A DNA stretch of 64,000 bases from assembly GCA_009859145.1 (NCBI GenBank), contig VRVR01000017.1:269428-333427 (forward strand), written 5' to 3'. The first letter of the stretch is position 1; each line of letters begins with the position of its first letter. Positions 42,992 through 53,414 of this stretch are shown piece by piece. This DNA is from Andalucia godoyi And28 (taxonomy: Eukaryota > Protista > Jakobida). Under the pieces are notes generated by a model. The model ran no database searches. It was not told where the DNA came from and saw only the letters and a program-made list of their open reading frames with translations. A program made the translations under genes and the position numbers.

Positions 42992-43224
42992 CACCTTTTT
43001 GGCTCGCTTTTCTTATCTTTGACTTCCCCCCCTCTTTTTTTCTTTTTTCCCTCTTCCTTTTTCTTTTGGCAGACCACGGGGAGGATTCTGCATCGATAAA
43101 AAACGAAAAACATTTCGACATTCGTCGGCAAAATGGAAAAGAAATATACATATATATAGTAATAATGACGGCAACAAACAGACATGAAGAAAGTGTGCGG
43201 TGCAGAATCGAAAGGAAAGAGGAA

Positions 43225-44529
43225 TCAAGACATGGGAAAGGCTGCATGGACAGAATCTAAAGAAGGTTGAAGATGAGCAAGAGGATCTTCTGAAACGAGA
43301 GTGTTCTCCGAAAGAACGGAGCCAAACAGCATCCGTCGAAACGTAAAATTCTCAGCACTCAACGTCTCTACAAGACCTTGCAGTTTTCCAATTTCATTGT
43401 CTTCTTCCATTGCCGTCGCCACCAAGATGCCGAGCATCTCCTCATTTTGTTTGACAAGCTCTGTGTTCTTTGCCCACAACGACGCGGCCGACTGCCTCTC
43501 CTCCTCCAGTGAGGACTCCAAAACCCGAATTTGCGACCCATGTTCAGACCTCATCATGGAGATTGTCGCAGAATACTTTAGCGCAGCAATGGACATGACA
43601 TTCTGGTACACTCTCAATTCGTTCTCCAACGTCATGACGGTTCGCTTTAAATAGTGGATTTCCGAATCATGGGACGTCGTTGCTTCCGACAAGCTACCGG
43701 CGGATGAACCGGCAGCAGAAACCGGAGTGACAACTGCTGGCGACTGCAAGGACTCCGGGCCGCCGTCCATGCCTCGTCGCTCCTTGGAAGTCGGTGTCAC
43801 TCCCCCACGACCATCGCCAGCAGTAGCAGTGGCAGAAGAAGATTGCGGGAGAGATGTTGCAGGTGCTGCAGGTGTTCCTATCGACGACGGTGACGACAAG
43901 ATTTCGCACTGAACATCCTGATTGGCAGTTCTTACATTCTTCTCCAGTTCGCGAGATAGTTCGCCTTGCTTATCTTCATCTTCATCATGTGCATTTGTCT
44001 GCGTTGCGAAGTGCCGTTCCGTTACGACATTTGAGGCAGGAATGTCGCTTCTTGATCGCGTATTTCGCGGCCGATTCTTCTCTTCGGCCCCACTTCCACC
44101 CTTTCCAATGCCACTTGTTTCTGTCGCAGAGGCCATGATTTTGCTGTCCTGATGAATCTCCACCGCCCCTCCGTTCCAGTCACTGTTTCCGCTGTTGTTA
44201 TCATTGTCGCCAAGACCACCACCATTACGACTACTACTACTGCTGCTGCTACCATTTATATTGCTCGAATTACTCGAATAGTGAGCAGGAGCAGGTGAAT
44301 TTGCGCCGGAGCGGATGGTCAACAGAAGCCTCTTTCGTTCTTCTCGCCGCGCCGCGATCGCTGCCTTGAGAGCCGATGCGCGATCACATACCGATCGCAT
44401 GTTATTTTCCGTGCCCTTGAGCTCAGTCTGCAATCGCTCAACAGCCAACGTCAGATTCGACAGAACTTCAGTCCCCGAACCAGCCGTGGGACTCCGGGGA
44501 TCAATAGCAATCGCGACTTTCGTTGACAT
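43225..44529 (-). CDS. Coiled-coil protein with a SIKE/FGFR1OP2-like C-terminus
   Basis: LENELRVYQNVMSIAALKYS and EEMLGILVATAMEEDNE...LSAENFTFRRML resemble the SIKE family pattern; low-complexity middle. Confidence 0.5.
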   Translation of the reverse strand: MSTKVAIAIDPRSPTAGSGTEVLSNLTLAVERLQTELKGTENNMRSVCDRASALKAAIAARREERKRLLLTIRSGANSPAPAHYSSNSSNINGSSSSSSSRNGGGLGDNDNNSGNSDWNGGAVEIHQDSKIMASATETSGIGKGGSGAEEKNRPRNTRSRSDIPASNVVTERHFATQTNAHDEDEDKQGELSRELEKNVRTANQDVQCEILSSPSSIGTPAAPATSLPQSSSATATAGDGRGGVTPTSKERRGMDGGPESLQSPAVVTPVSAAGSSAGSLSEATTSHDSEIHYLKRTVMTLENELRVYQNVMSIAALKYSATISMMRSEHGSQIRVLESSLEEERQSAASLWAKNTELVKQNEEMLGILVATAMEEDNEIGKLQGLVETLSAENFTFRRMLFGSVLSENTLVSEDPLAHLQPSLDSVHAAFPMS

Positions 44530-44727
44530 GATTCACAGTGATCAAAACAAGAACCGCAGGAAAGATGACCTTTTGAAGAATTATAGAATTGCGAAAACAA
44601 AACAATGTGATTAACAAAAAAATGCAGTGGCTTTTCTCTCTTCCGACTTGGAAATGAAACCACGGGAATGAACGACCAGGGTCCGCCCACTTCTCGATAC
44701 ACGAAGAAGCAAGAAACGAAAACAAAA

Positions 44728-44763
44728 GAAGAAGAAGAAGAAGAAGAAGAAGAAGAAGAAGAA
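44728..44763. repeat. (GAA)n microsatellite
   Basis: Seen directly. Confidence 0.9.
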
Positions 44764-45187
44764 ACAAACAAACAAACAAAACAACGAACACGTATACTTT
44801 TGTGAATAAAAGTAAAATAAAATAAAAAAGACAATTGATGATGAATGTGTTGGGAGATTCAGAAAATAGAGGATGATGATGAAAAGAAGAAAATTACTAT
44901 CCTAAAAACAAAACCAAAACAAAAACGTCTCAATCGGTTTGCTCTGGTTTCATTATGAAGAGGCTGTTTTTCTCTGTTAGAGGATGGCATCGAAGGGTAA
45001 GGGGGAAAGTCCTCGAGACGGCGGAGAGTTGCGATGCTGCCTTCTCTATCTCCTGCTGGATCTCTATTTGTGTTTCATGGTTTTTACAGCAGGCTGGATC
45101 ATACAAGCAGTTCGCATGGTGTGTGGTTTTTCATTCAGAATAACACAACAAATAACAGTAAATACAAACCCAAAAAATAAAACAAAA

Positions 45188-45234
<47 letters not shown>
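45188..45234. repeat. (TAA)n microsatellite
   Basis: Seen directly. Confidence 0.9.
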
Positions 45235-45409
45235 TCATTAAAAAAAAACATTAATATAAAAATAAATAATAAAAATGGGCAAAGACTTTCTTTACTTTTT
45301 CGGATACAGCACATAGCGAGACAACGAGGTTTTTTTCTTCTTTTCTTTTGTGGTGCTACTCTTTCTTCCCGGCCCCGCTTTCCTCCTGCATCTCCCCCGT
45401 CTGTGATGC

Positions 45410-46603
45410 ATGTTACTTCTTCGTCGTGGTCTTTTTTCACGGTTTCGATCGCACACGAAAATGGATCCGATTTTCGATCACAAAACTCGCCGGTTTCGCA
45501 ATCCATTTTCGACATGGAAAGATCCATCGACGTGGGAAGCCATGAAATGGGGGGTTTCGAGAACACCACCCAAGTTTCCTTCTCAAGATGAATCCATGCA
45601 GATGTTTGGAGATCCCAAACAGAATGTTAATGTTGAACTGCTCAAGACGGCTCCAAAGTCTCTTCGAGCCACCTGGTTTGGACACGCTACAAACTACGTA
45701 CAGTTCTCATCCTCGTTCACGCTGATCACGGATCCTGTGTTCTCGGAACGATGCTCGCCCTTGGCGTTTGCAGGACCAAAACGGATCGTAGCTGTGCCAT
45801 TGGAAATTGAGGAATTGGCGTTGTGCGATGCGGTCCTTATTTCCCACAACCATTATGACCACCTGGATTTGCAGTCCATCAAGCGCCTTGAACAGAAGTT
45901 CCAACCCGTGTTTGTGTGCGGGGTTGGTCTCGGCACATTCTTTACAAAACAGTGTTCGATTCCTGAAGATCGAGTCGTCGAGTTGACCTGGTGGCAGTCG
46001 GCAAGGGTTGCTTCAAGCCGTAAGCATTTGCAAGGTCGCGCAGAGCCCAACAGCAGTGCTGGCGGGGCTTCCGTGACGACCGGCAGCCTGGCTGTGGACG
46101 TCCAGATGGTTCCAGCGCAGCACTGGTCAAGGCGGTCCATGGGCGACAAGAACCAGTCATTGTGGGGCGGGTTTCACGTTTCTGCGCCGATTGGTGCGTC
46201 GTCAGAGAAGAGCTCGTTCTATTTTTGTGGCGATACAGGCTACAACCCGGAGTTGTTTGTGGAGATTGGGAGACGATGCGGACCGATTGACATTGCAGCC
46301 ATACCAATTGGGGCGTACGAGCCGCGAGGATTCATGTGTCCTCAACACGTGAATCCAAAGGAAGCAGTCATGATTCACAAGGAAGCCAACGTCAGGCAGT
46401 CGTATGGGATTCACTGGGGAACGTTTATCCTCACCGACGAACCACTCGACGAACCCCCAAAGGAAACAAAGATTGCCTGCGAAGAACTGGGCGTTGCTTT
46501 CGGTTCTGAATTCCACGTCATCCATGCCGGTCGGTCCATCGACGCAAGCGACGGACCAGTTTCTCTGCTGGGTTTGCAGCGGAAAGACGAAGCCTTTCTG
46601 TGA
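45410..46603 (+). CDS. NAPE-PLD-like metallo-beta-lactamase-fold hydrolase
   Basis: RFRNPF; TWFGHA; ITDPVFSERCSP; SHNHYDHLD; PAQHWSRR; LWGGF; GDTGY; PIGAYEPR; HVNPKEAV; IHWGTF. Confidence 0.92.
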   Translation: MLLLRRGLFSRFRSHTKMDPIFDHKTRRFRNPFSTWKDPSTWEAMKWGVSRTPPKFPSQDESMQMFGDPKQNVNVELLKTAPKSLRATWFGHATNYVQFSSSFTLITDPVFSERCSPLAFAGPKRIVAVPLEIEELALCDAVLISHNHYDHLDLQSIKRLEQKFQPVFVCGVGLGTFFTKQCSIPEDRVVELTWWQSARVASSRKHLQGRAEPNSSAGGASVTTGSLAVDVQMVPAQHWSRRSMGDKNQSLWGGFHVSAPIGASSEKSSFYFCGDTGYNPELFVEIGRRCGPIDIAAIPIGAYEPRGFMCPQHVNPKEAVMIHKEANVRQSYGIHWGTFILTDEPLDEPPKETKIACEELGVAFGSEFHVIHAGRSIDASDGPVSLLGLQRKDEAFL

Positions 46604-47953
46604 TCCGTGTGGATCCTAACACGCTGCATTTCGTGGATGGGTTTGGTTGCTCGCGATTCTTCCACGAAGTAAATGCGATTTACAAAGGTGCTCCTTTCCA
46701 TCCAGTGATTACACCTGGATCGTCCAGCCCGCAGTCGTCTCTTTCCGACATTGATCTCGCGAACCTGCAGAAATGGGGGGTTCAACGCGATCCGATACTA
46801 TGCAACCTGGATGGGTGTTTCTCCGGCTGCTGATGAAATCGACCAGGACTATCTTTCAGTTCTCGCACAATCAGTTGACATGATGTCAGACTATGGCATC
46901 TACGCACTGATGGACAGCCATCAGGACTTAATGTCGAGATACTACTGTGGAGCGGGAGTTCCCGATTGGATTGCAAAGCGCGACGACGGGAATCATGCAC
47001 CGTTTCCGCAGCCAATTGCACACTCCATCCCTGTGGATCCGCAGACGCAATATCCGCTTATTCCGGAGTGTCTCAAGCGTGAATTTGCATTTTACTACTT
47101 GACGGATGCTGTTGGATCGCTGTTCCAGGCTCTGTACGAAAACAAGAATGGGACGCAGGATGAGTTTGTCAAGTTTTGGGCTGCTGTTGCGCAGTCGCTT
47201 TCGCAAAAGTCCAATTTGCTGGGATACGAAATCATCAATGAACCAGCGCTGGGTGATGTGATCCGCAATCCTGCGCTTGTCGTTGAGCTCGGAAAGACAG
47301 ACCGAGACTGGCTGTTCCCCATGTACCAGCGTGTGCACGAGGCCATCCGAAAGTATGACACTGACCACAATATCTTTTATGAGCCTTGTGTTTTTGATCC
47401 TACATGGTCTGGGTTCACAGAAGGCCTCGATGGCGCGGCGTACAATGACCGCCAAGTGTATTCTTTCCATGCGCATTGCTTGGATGTGAACAAGAGAGAG
47501 GAGCCACAGTCCAAGCTGCTTTGCGATATCGATGATAAGGGCGTCATTGAAATGCGTGTTGCGGAAGGAAGAAAGAAGAAAATGAGCGGAATGATGCTTA
47601 TGGAATTTAGAGCGCTCTCAGCGATGCTGCGTCTTCGATCGATGAGATCCACCGAGTAACCAGCATCGCAAACGAGTGCATGCTTTTTCGTGGGCGTACT
47701 GGCAGTTTAAGTGGTTTTGATGACTACACCACGGCAGCGCAGCCTGGAACCACAGAGTCCTTTTACAATGAAACCGGCGGGTTGGAAATCGAAAAGGTCA
47801 AGGCTTTGTCGAGATCGTATGCTCCTGCGGTGGCGGGTGTCCCCACTTCGATCAAATTCGACCCTGTTTCTGCACGGTTTTCCATCGAGTTCAGTGCAAA
47901 AACAAGCATCACTGCCCCCACAGTCGTCTTTTTAAATCAAGATTTTTACTATC
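46604..47953 (+). pseudogene. Endoglycoceramidase (GH5) pseudogene, truncated at both ends, with about four frameshifts
   Basis: VDPNTLHFVDG..RFFH(E)VN; LQKWG|FN; DSHQD; GYEIINEP; IFYEP; (M)EF(R); SWAYWQFKWF; LSRSYAPAVAG; VFLNQDFYYP. These motifs are spread over three frames. Confidence 0.85.
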
Positions 47954-48140
47954 CCCGAAGATACCGAGACCCAAGAAACGCGTTGATCCCCTGTCGTCGG
48001 AGGCGGGGAGCAAGAAGAAGCGATGACCCTTTTGATGCAGAGCAATCTGCATTGAAGAGTTGGTGCTCGTCCCAAACTGAATCTGTCTTCGGTGGCACAG
48101 CCTAGCCCGATGATCAATAGTGATTCATGTCTTGGCGAGC
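47954..48140 (+). repeat. Dispersed repeat family C, internally deleted copy
   Basis: CCCGAAGATACCGAGACCCAAGAAACGCGTTGATCCCCTGTCGTCG, GGTGCTCGTCCCA and TGATTCATGT(C/T)TTGGC match the reverse complement of the 29-kb and 61-kb copies. Confidence 0.85.
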
Positions 48141-48202
48141 GGACCCCGTCAAAAAAAAAGGCCTTCGTCTGTCGTAGATGCGCTTGCAAGTAAACGCCTT
48201 GG

Positions 48203-48780
48203 TACATTATGCACTGAGCATGCATATCTACGAGTAGACATGCATATTCAATCGTGCATCTCGTTACCGGGAAGGGGATAGGCCCCCAACACGCCCCACA
48301 GCGCTCTTCAGATGGATGTTCCGCGCTCCGTTCCCAATCTCGATCAATCGGTGAGCCACTTTCTCAGCGTGGCACGTTGTTCCTGAGAAGGGTGCATTTT
48401 GATCCTGACGGCCCTAGCAGCAGGGTAGTGACACGTGGTCTCTTAGGAGGTCTGCGGGACGTAGGAGGCCCTGTATCGATCGGCGTAGGCGTAGGCGTAG
48501 GCGAATGCGTCATCCCAGCGCACTCACGCCCACAGTTGAATAAAGAGAGTGAAACCAAAAAAAGTGAAACCAACGAATGATAGAACAGATGGCTACGGAT
48601 GGTGCGTTAAAGAGTGTCGAAAATGCGGAGCCTGTGCCACCGGCTGAATTTTGGCCGAGCGTGCGTAAGCACGAATTCCCTGTGAAACAAACGTGCTAGT
48701 GTCGGCCAGTATTGACCGTGTCTGTTTTTGAATACTTCCTTCCGTATGCATGACAATGGCGTGTTATTATTATTCAACGG
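48203..48780 (+). repeat. Dispersed repeat family B, copy 2
   Basis: Aligns with 28752-29120; its 5' part (48257-48345) also aligns with family A. Confidence 0.9.
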
Positions 48781-48916
48781 TCCTTCCGATCTTTCTTGTA
48801 TTATTTCTTTATTTCTTTATTTTTCGTTTTTTGTGTTCCCTGCTTTTCATTATTTACTATCATATCCCCTTTTTACAACCCTTGTACGAAACCGTCCGTG
48901 CGTGCGTTAGAAAGGA

Positions 48917-51900
48917 ATGAGTTACCAACGCGCACAGGCGCCATCGCCTGGCAGACCTCGATCTGGTCAAAGCGGTGTTACTTCCTTGTCGTCTCCGGTC
49001 CTGTTGCTTCGAAAGCAACGTGCAGCAGAACAACGAGGTTCAGCTGGAGGCTCATCGTCGTACAATCAAGGGTCTTCTCCTCTTCCTCCTCCGCCTCCGC
49101 TTGGATCCACGGCGTCTTCGCAGCCACGACGGAGCCCTTCATCGCAGGCCTCTCCGGAGCGGTATGCATCACCTACGCGGAACCATGAGCAGTATGGGTC
49201 GTCGTATGACGATGGGCGTATGGCTGACTATGATGCGGTGTCAAGAAGGAGTTCAAGCCCCCGTCGATCATCGAGTGAGTATTATGATCATTCTCCGCAG
49301 GAATATCCGCAGCACAGCAGACCGTTTTTGCGAACGGATCCCTATGCGGAACCGTCGGATACATACTCAGTGTCGCCTACGAGACAGCGAAGACCTGCGT
49401 CTGCATATGAGTACCGTGTGCAGAAGGCATCGATGAACCGCTTGGCTGCTCCTCGGAGGTCTCCATCGCCTTCTCCCGAACAAGAGATTGACTCGCGGCG
49501 TCGAGTTGCACATACGGCGACAACGGGTGCATACTATGACCCTCTTGAGGATGATGAATACGTGTATGGGACGGGATACGAAAATGAGCGTGGTTATTAC
49601 AGCTACAGTGTTTCCAGGTCTGCGAATCCGTCGAGGAGAACGAATGCCGTGCCATCCCCGAGTTACCCAAATCCACACTCTCATCCTCAGTACCCGCCTC
49701 AGTATCCCTCTCAATACCAGAGCCCTGTGCCCCAACCGGTGTTTAGCGGTCTATTTCGGACATATCGTGGTCGGAGACTTGTTCAGTGGTTTGATTCGCT
49801 TGCATTGACTGATCCATTGCACGATCCTGTCGCGCAGCTTCGGTCCGGCTATTTGTTCTGCATGCTGCTGGAGCGACTGGACTCGTCTGCACACTTTGTC
49901 GGGGTCAATAAGAGAGCACTGGTTGCGAAAGCCGCACTGGCAAATGTCGAGCAGGTGATCTCCCACGTCCTGCAAAAGGGAGGCCGCATTCGACGGATTC
50001 CAGCGGCAAAGGTAATTGTGGATGGCTATGACGAAGGCATTTTCACGTTATTGTTGGAGATATTCGACATGTATGTCCTTCGAGACGTTCGGTTGAAGAT
50101 CCCGAGCATGCTCAATGCAATGAATGTGGTGCTGAGTCAGTATGGAATTCCGTTGTTGAGCTCGACCCTGGCGCCGCCGCACTCCACTGCGTGGGACCAG
50201 TTTCGTTCGGGAGTGCCGTATTTCTGTGTGATACACTACTTCCTCCCGCAGCACTTGCGTCCGGATATGAGCCGCATTTTCAAGTTTCCGGAGAACATGG
50301 ATGAATTTCTTTGGAATCTTCACTACTTGTTCTCGTCCCTTGTTGCTCTTGGAGTGACTCCTGTGTTTACTGCTGAAGAATATTTGCAGTCTGAAGACGT
50401 TGAGTTTTTGTTGTATCAATGGTCACTGTTTGTGAAGGCGTTGCGTCCGTACAAGCCAGTGGATCCTGACCCGTCTCCTTTCGGCTTCCGAGATGATGAG
50501 CGAGTGCAGGCGAAGCTTCGTGAAGAACAGGAGATGCGGTTCATGGAGGATTCGCAGAATGTGGATGGTGAGCAGGAAATGTATCCGCCCGGTGACGAAT
50601 ACGACAGCCATCCTGCCGCGGCTCCCAGGCAGGATGCGAATGGACAGCAGCAACTGCAACCGCAACAGCAGTCGCAGCCCAGCAAAAGCCCTGGGCCCCA
50701 ACCATCTGCGAATGCATCGTCTTCGAACACGGCGGGTTCTCAGTCCAGCTCTGCACCGCCTGCTGAATCTGCTCAGAAGACTGATCAATTCGATGATAAG
50801 AAATCCCAACCACAAACCCAGCGGCAGCAGCAGCAGCAGCAGCAACAACAACAACAGCAGCAGCAACAACAACAACAGCAGCAGCAACAACAACAACAAC
50901 AACAGCAGCAGCGGGAAGAGGAAGAACGTCGCTTGCAGCAGGAACACGAAGAAGAGCGACAGAGACAGCAGGAGCAAGAGGCAAGACTTCAAGAAGAACA
51001 GCGACGCAAAGAAGAAGAGGCACGGAGCGCGGAGGAAAATCGTCGTCGAGAGGAGGATCTTGCTCGAGCTCTAGAAGAGGCGAGGCTGGCTTCTCAAGAG
51101 CCGGAGGATATTCCAGCAGACACCACCACTCAGAATGCTACGCCTTCGGATGATCAACAGCCGCAGCAACAACAGCTGGACTCGCAGGAGCAGCGTGTTT
51201 CAAACACTGACGCAGGGTCGGATTCGCAGTCCCCGCCAAATTCTAATGCTCCTGCCGAAAACAATCAACAGCAAGCCGATCAACGTCTCGAGGAACCGAA
51301 GGAGCAAGATGCGTCTCGCCCGACTGCAGAAAATGCACCATCTTCAGATCCTCAACCAAACGGTCCTATTGCGTCGTCTTCGGCAGTTCAAGGGCCGGCA
51401 TCTGCTCCGCACTCTGATGCACCGGAGCCGACGTCCTCGCACTCATCCCAAGCGACTTCGTCTGCCGCCTCGAACGACTCTGCAGCTCCCACGCGTGCCG
51501 ATCCAGCTGACCCTTCGTCGCCGAACACTGCTGCTGCAAGCACTGGCAGCCCTTCTGTGCCGACAGACAGTGCCGCGCAGGACGCTTCGTCTGATTCCGC
51601 TTCTGCTTCTGCTTCTGCTTCTGCTCCCGCTGATCCTTCTGCAAGTGGACCGACGCAGAGTCCCGCGCCGACAGCTGATCCCACAGATCCAGTGGATGCT
51701 TCGAAGCCCGCGTTGCCTGTGGAGAGTCCTCATTCCCCGGAACCTTCCTCTCAGCCAACTGCAGCAGACACGCAGTCTCCTGCGTCTCAAACATCCGAAT
51801 CTGACTTCCCATTCACGTATCTTCCGCAGTGGTTCTATGTGCAGGTGACGATCCTCAAGAATGCAAAGAAGAACATCACGGAGGACTCCAACCCAGTTCT

Positions 51901-52252
51901 GTTTGCTGTTTCGTTTGGAAGTCCAAAGGCCAAACTGACCTTCCCTCCCACTGCCACGTTCCCGAGTTTGCAAGAACTTCGCAACACCCACATCCTGCTG
52001 TTCTCTTTTAAGGGCAAAGATACCAAGAAGGGCTCCTTGTCAGGGTCGCTCGCGCTCTCGCAAGTCGGCAGTGCAGCCATGCAGGGCGATGCTCTCGTCC
52101 TCTCTCCGAAACCCGAGATTGGCACGTTTGCTTTGAATACGAACAAACTGACGAGAGTCATTCTCAAAGCTGACGATGCAAACATCACGCAAGCGTTTGC
52201 CTACATCTTCGACTTGCTTCTGGAAACGCACCGCACTGCGCACTCTCCCTAA
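48917..52252 (+). CDS. Large low-complexity protein with tandem calponin-homology-like domains and a polyQ tract
   Basis: CH-like LRSGYLFCMLLERL...ALANVEQV; second CH-like FRSGVPYFCVIHYFLP; polyQ at about 50823-50912; S/A/P-rich linker; folded C-terminal domain of unknown type. Confidence 0.7.
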   Translation: MSYQRAQAPSPGRPRSGQSGVTSLSSPVLLLRKQRAAEQRGSAGGSSSYNQGSSPLPPPPPLGSTASSQPRRSPSSQASPERYASPTRNHEQYGSSYDDGRMADYDAVSRRSSSPRRSSSEYYDHSPQEYPQHSRPFLRTDPYAEPSDTYSVSPTRQRRPASAYEYRVQKASMNRLAAPRRSPSPSPEQEIDSRRRVAHTATTGAYYDPLEDDEYVYGTGYENERGYYSYSVSRSANPSRRTNAVPSPSYPNPHSHPQYPPQYPSQYQSPVPQPVFSGLFRTYRGRRLVQWFDSLALTDPLHDPVAQLRSGYLFCMLLERLDSSAHFVGVNKRALVAKAALANVEQVISHVLQKGGRIRRIPAAKVIVDGYDEGIFTLLLEIFDMYVLRDVRLKIPSMLNAMNVVLSQYGIPLLSSTLAPPHSTAWDQFRSGVPYFCVIHYFLPQHLRPDMSRIFKFPENMDEFLWNLHYLFSSLVALGVTPVFTAEEYLQSEDVEFLLYQWSLFVKALRPYKPVDPDPSPFGFRDDERVQAKLREEQEMRFMEDSQNVDGEQEMYPPGDEYDSHPAAAPRQDANGQQQLQPQQQSQPSKSPGPQPSANASSSNTAGSQSSSAPPAESAQKTDQFDDKKSQPQTQRQQQQQQQQQQQQQQQQQQQQQQQQQQQQQREEEERRLQQEHEEERQRQQEQEARLQEEQRRKEEEARSAEENRRREEDLARALEEARLASQEPEDIPADTTTQNATPSDDQQPQQQQLDSQEQRVSNTDAGSDSQSPPNSNAPAENNQQQADQRLEEPKEQDASRPTAENAPSSDPQPNGPIASSSAVQGPASAPHSDAPEPTSSHSSQATSSAASNDSAAPTRADPADPSSPNTAAASTGSPSVPTDSAAQDASSDSASASASASAPADPSASGPTQSPAPTADPTDPVDASKPALPVESPHSPEPSSQPTAADTQSPASQTSESDFPFTYLPQWFYVQVTILKNAKKNITEDSNPVLFAVSFGSPKAKLTFPPTATFPSLQELRNTHILLFSFKGKDTKKGSLSGSLALSQVGSAAMQGDALVLSPKPEIGTFALNTNKLTRVILKADDANITQAFAYIFDLLLETHRTAHSP

Positions 52253-52384
52253 TGAGCCTGTGTTTCCTTCCGTTGTTATCCATTAATCTTTTCTTTTCTT
52301 ATTTTATTTATTTAATTCTTTCATGATTTACGCAAAAAAGATTATAATAATAATAATAAAAATAAAAACACAAGTTGATTTCCA

Positions 52385-52450
52385 AGGCCAAAGTGATTCA
52401 GAAGTGCCTCTCCGTCATCCGGTTCAAAAACACTTCATCATTCATACTGT
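52385..52450 (-). promoter_or_regulatory. SECIS element, type II
   Basis: Minus strand reads ATGAT-GAAGTGTTTTT-GAA-CCGGATGACGG-AGAGGCACTTC-TGAA: AUGA/GA core, 11-bp helix II, unpaired AA and an apical mini-hairpin. Confidence 0.85.
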
Positions 52451-52721
52451 TTCGTTTTTCTTCATGCTCCTTTCTCTGTTAAAAACGCGGGGAAAAAACA
52501 ACTGTCCCCTTAAGAAAGTGCATGCTCAACATCAGCTTCAAAAAATCACAACCTTGCATTCTTCCTTGTTTTCTCCACCCCAATCCTTTGACGAAGCTCC
52601 GACACTCTTCCCTCGATTCGCCCACCGCTGTTATTACCATTACCGTTGGCATTTCCACTGCCACTGCTCGTATGCAGTGGTGGTTGGACACAACTAGACA
52701 AGAAAGGCGAGTGCGGAGGGA

Positions 52722-52991
52722 TTAACCTCAGGCCCCGGTGTTGCACGATGGCTTGATGCGTCCAATCGTTCGTGATTTCCCACCCATCATCCCGCCGCTC
52801 TTGAATCCCGATGACCCTCCATACGACGTCGCCGAGTTCCTGCTGTTAGACTGGAACACCTCTTCGCTGGACGGGTCCCAGAGCGATGTGAAGAACGCTG
52901 AAACATAGTTGAGGCACACCCAGACTCTCGACGTCCAGTATGATATCGACAGGTAACTCTGGACCGGCTTCCCGTCCTTGTAAACAGTCAT
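52722..52991 (-). CDS. SELENOK: Selenoprotein K-like (89 aa, Sec at the penultimate position: ...PSCNTGA-U-G-stop)
   Basis: MTVYKDGKPV N-terminus; single TM ending FFTSL; Gly-rich tail with IGRI; GCC TGA GGT TAA; SECIS downstream. Confidence 0.85.
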
Positions 52992-53414
52992 TTTTTGTAC
53001 TTTCCTCGAGATCGTCTTCTTCTAGCTCATAATCGTAATCGAACGTTGTGGATACGAAAAACCCTCTCCACTAAAAGCATTTCTTTCTTGTTTTGAAGGA
53101 AATGAGAGTCGGAGGCGGGCAATTTCAAAAAACAAAAGACAAGTGTTTGAGTGACGTGTTAAAAAAGCGCACAGTCGCAATGTGTCGACTTGATGCTGTC
53201 GGGCTTTTTTTCCAAATCGGGATGCAACTGCCCCCCCCCCCCGCCCAGAAAGACTCACACACGAGTCAAAAGAACTCAGAGGGAATTGCACTCTTCGGTA
53301 TTCGTTTTCATTATTCGCTGCATTTTTCGAATCTCATATTTAAAAGAACAGATGATTAAAGATTTAAAAATAAATAATTAAAAAATAGAGAACACGGAAA
53401 CGACGAGAGTTGAG

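Noticed and set aside
46600-47720. Programmed frameshifting or an alternative genetic code to explain the broken EGCase
   Set aside because: There are several indels of different sign plus missense changes at conserved sites, and all other genes read cleanly in the standard code.
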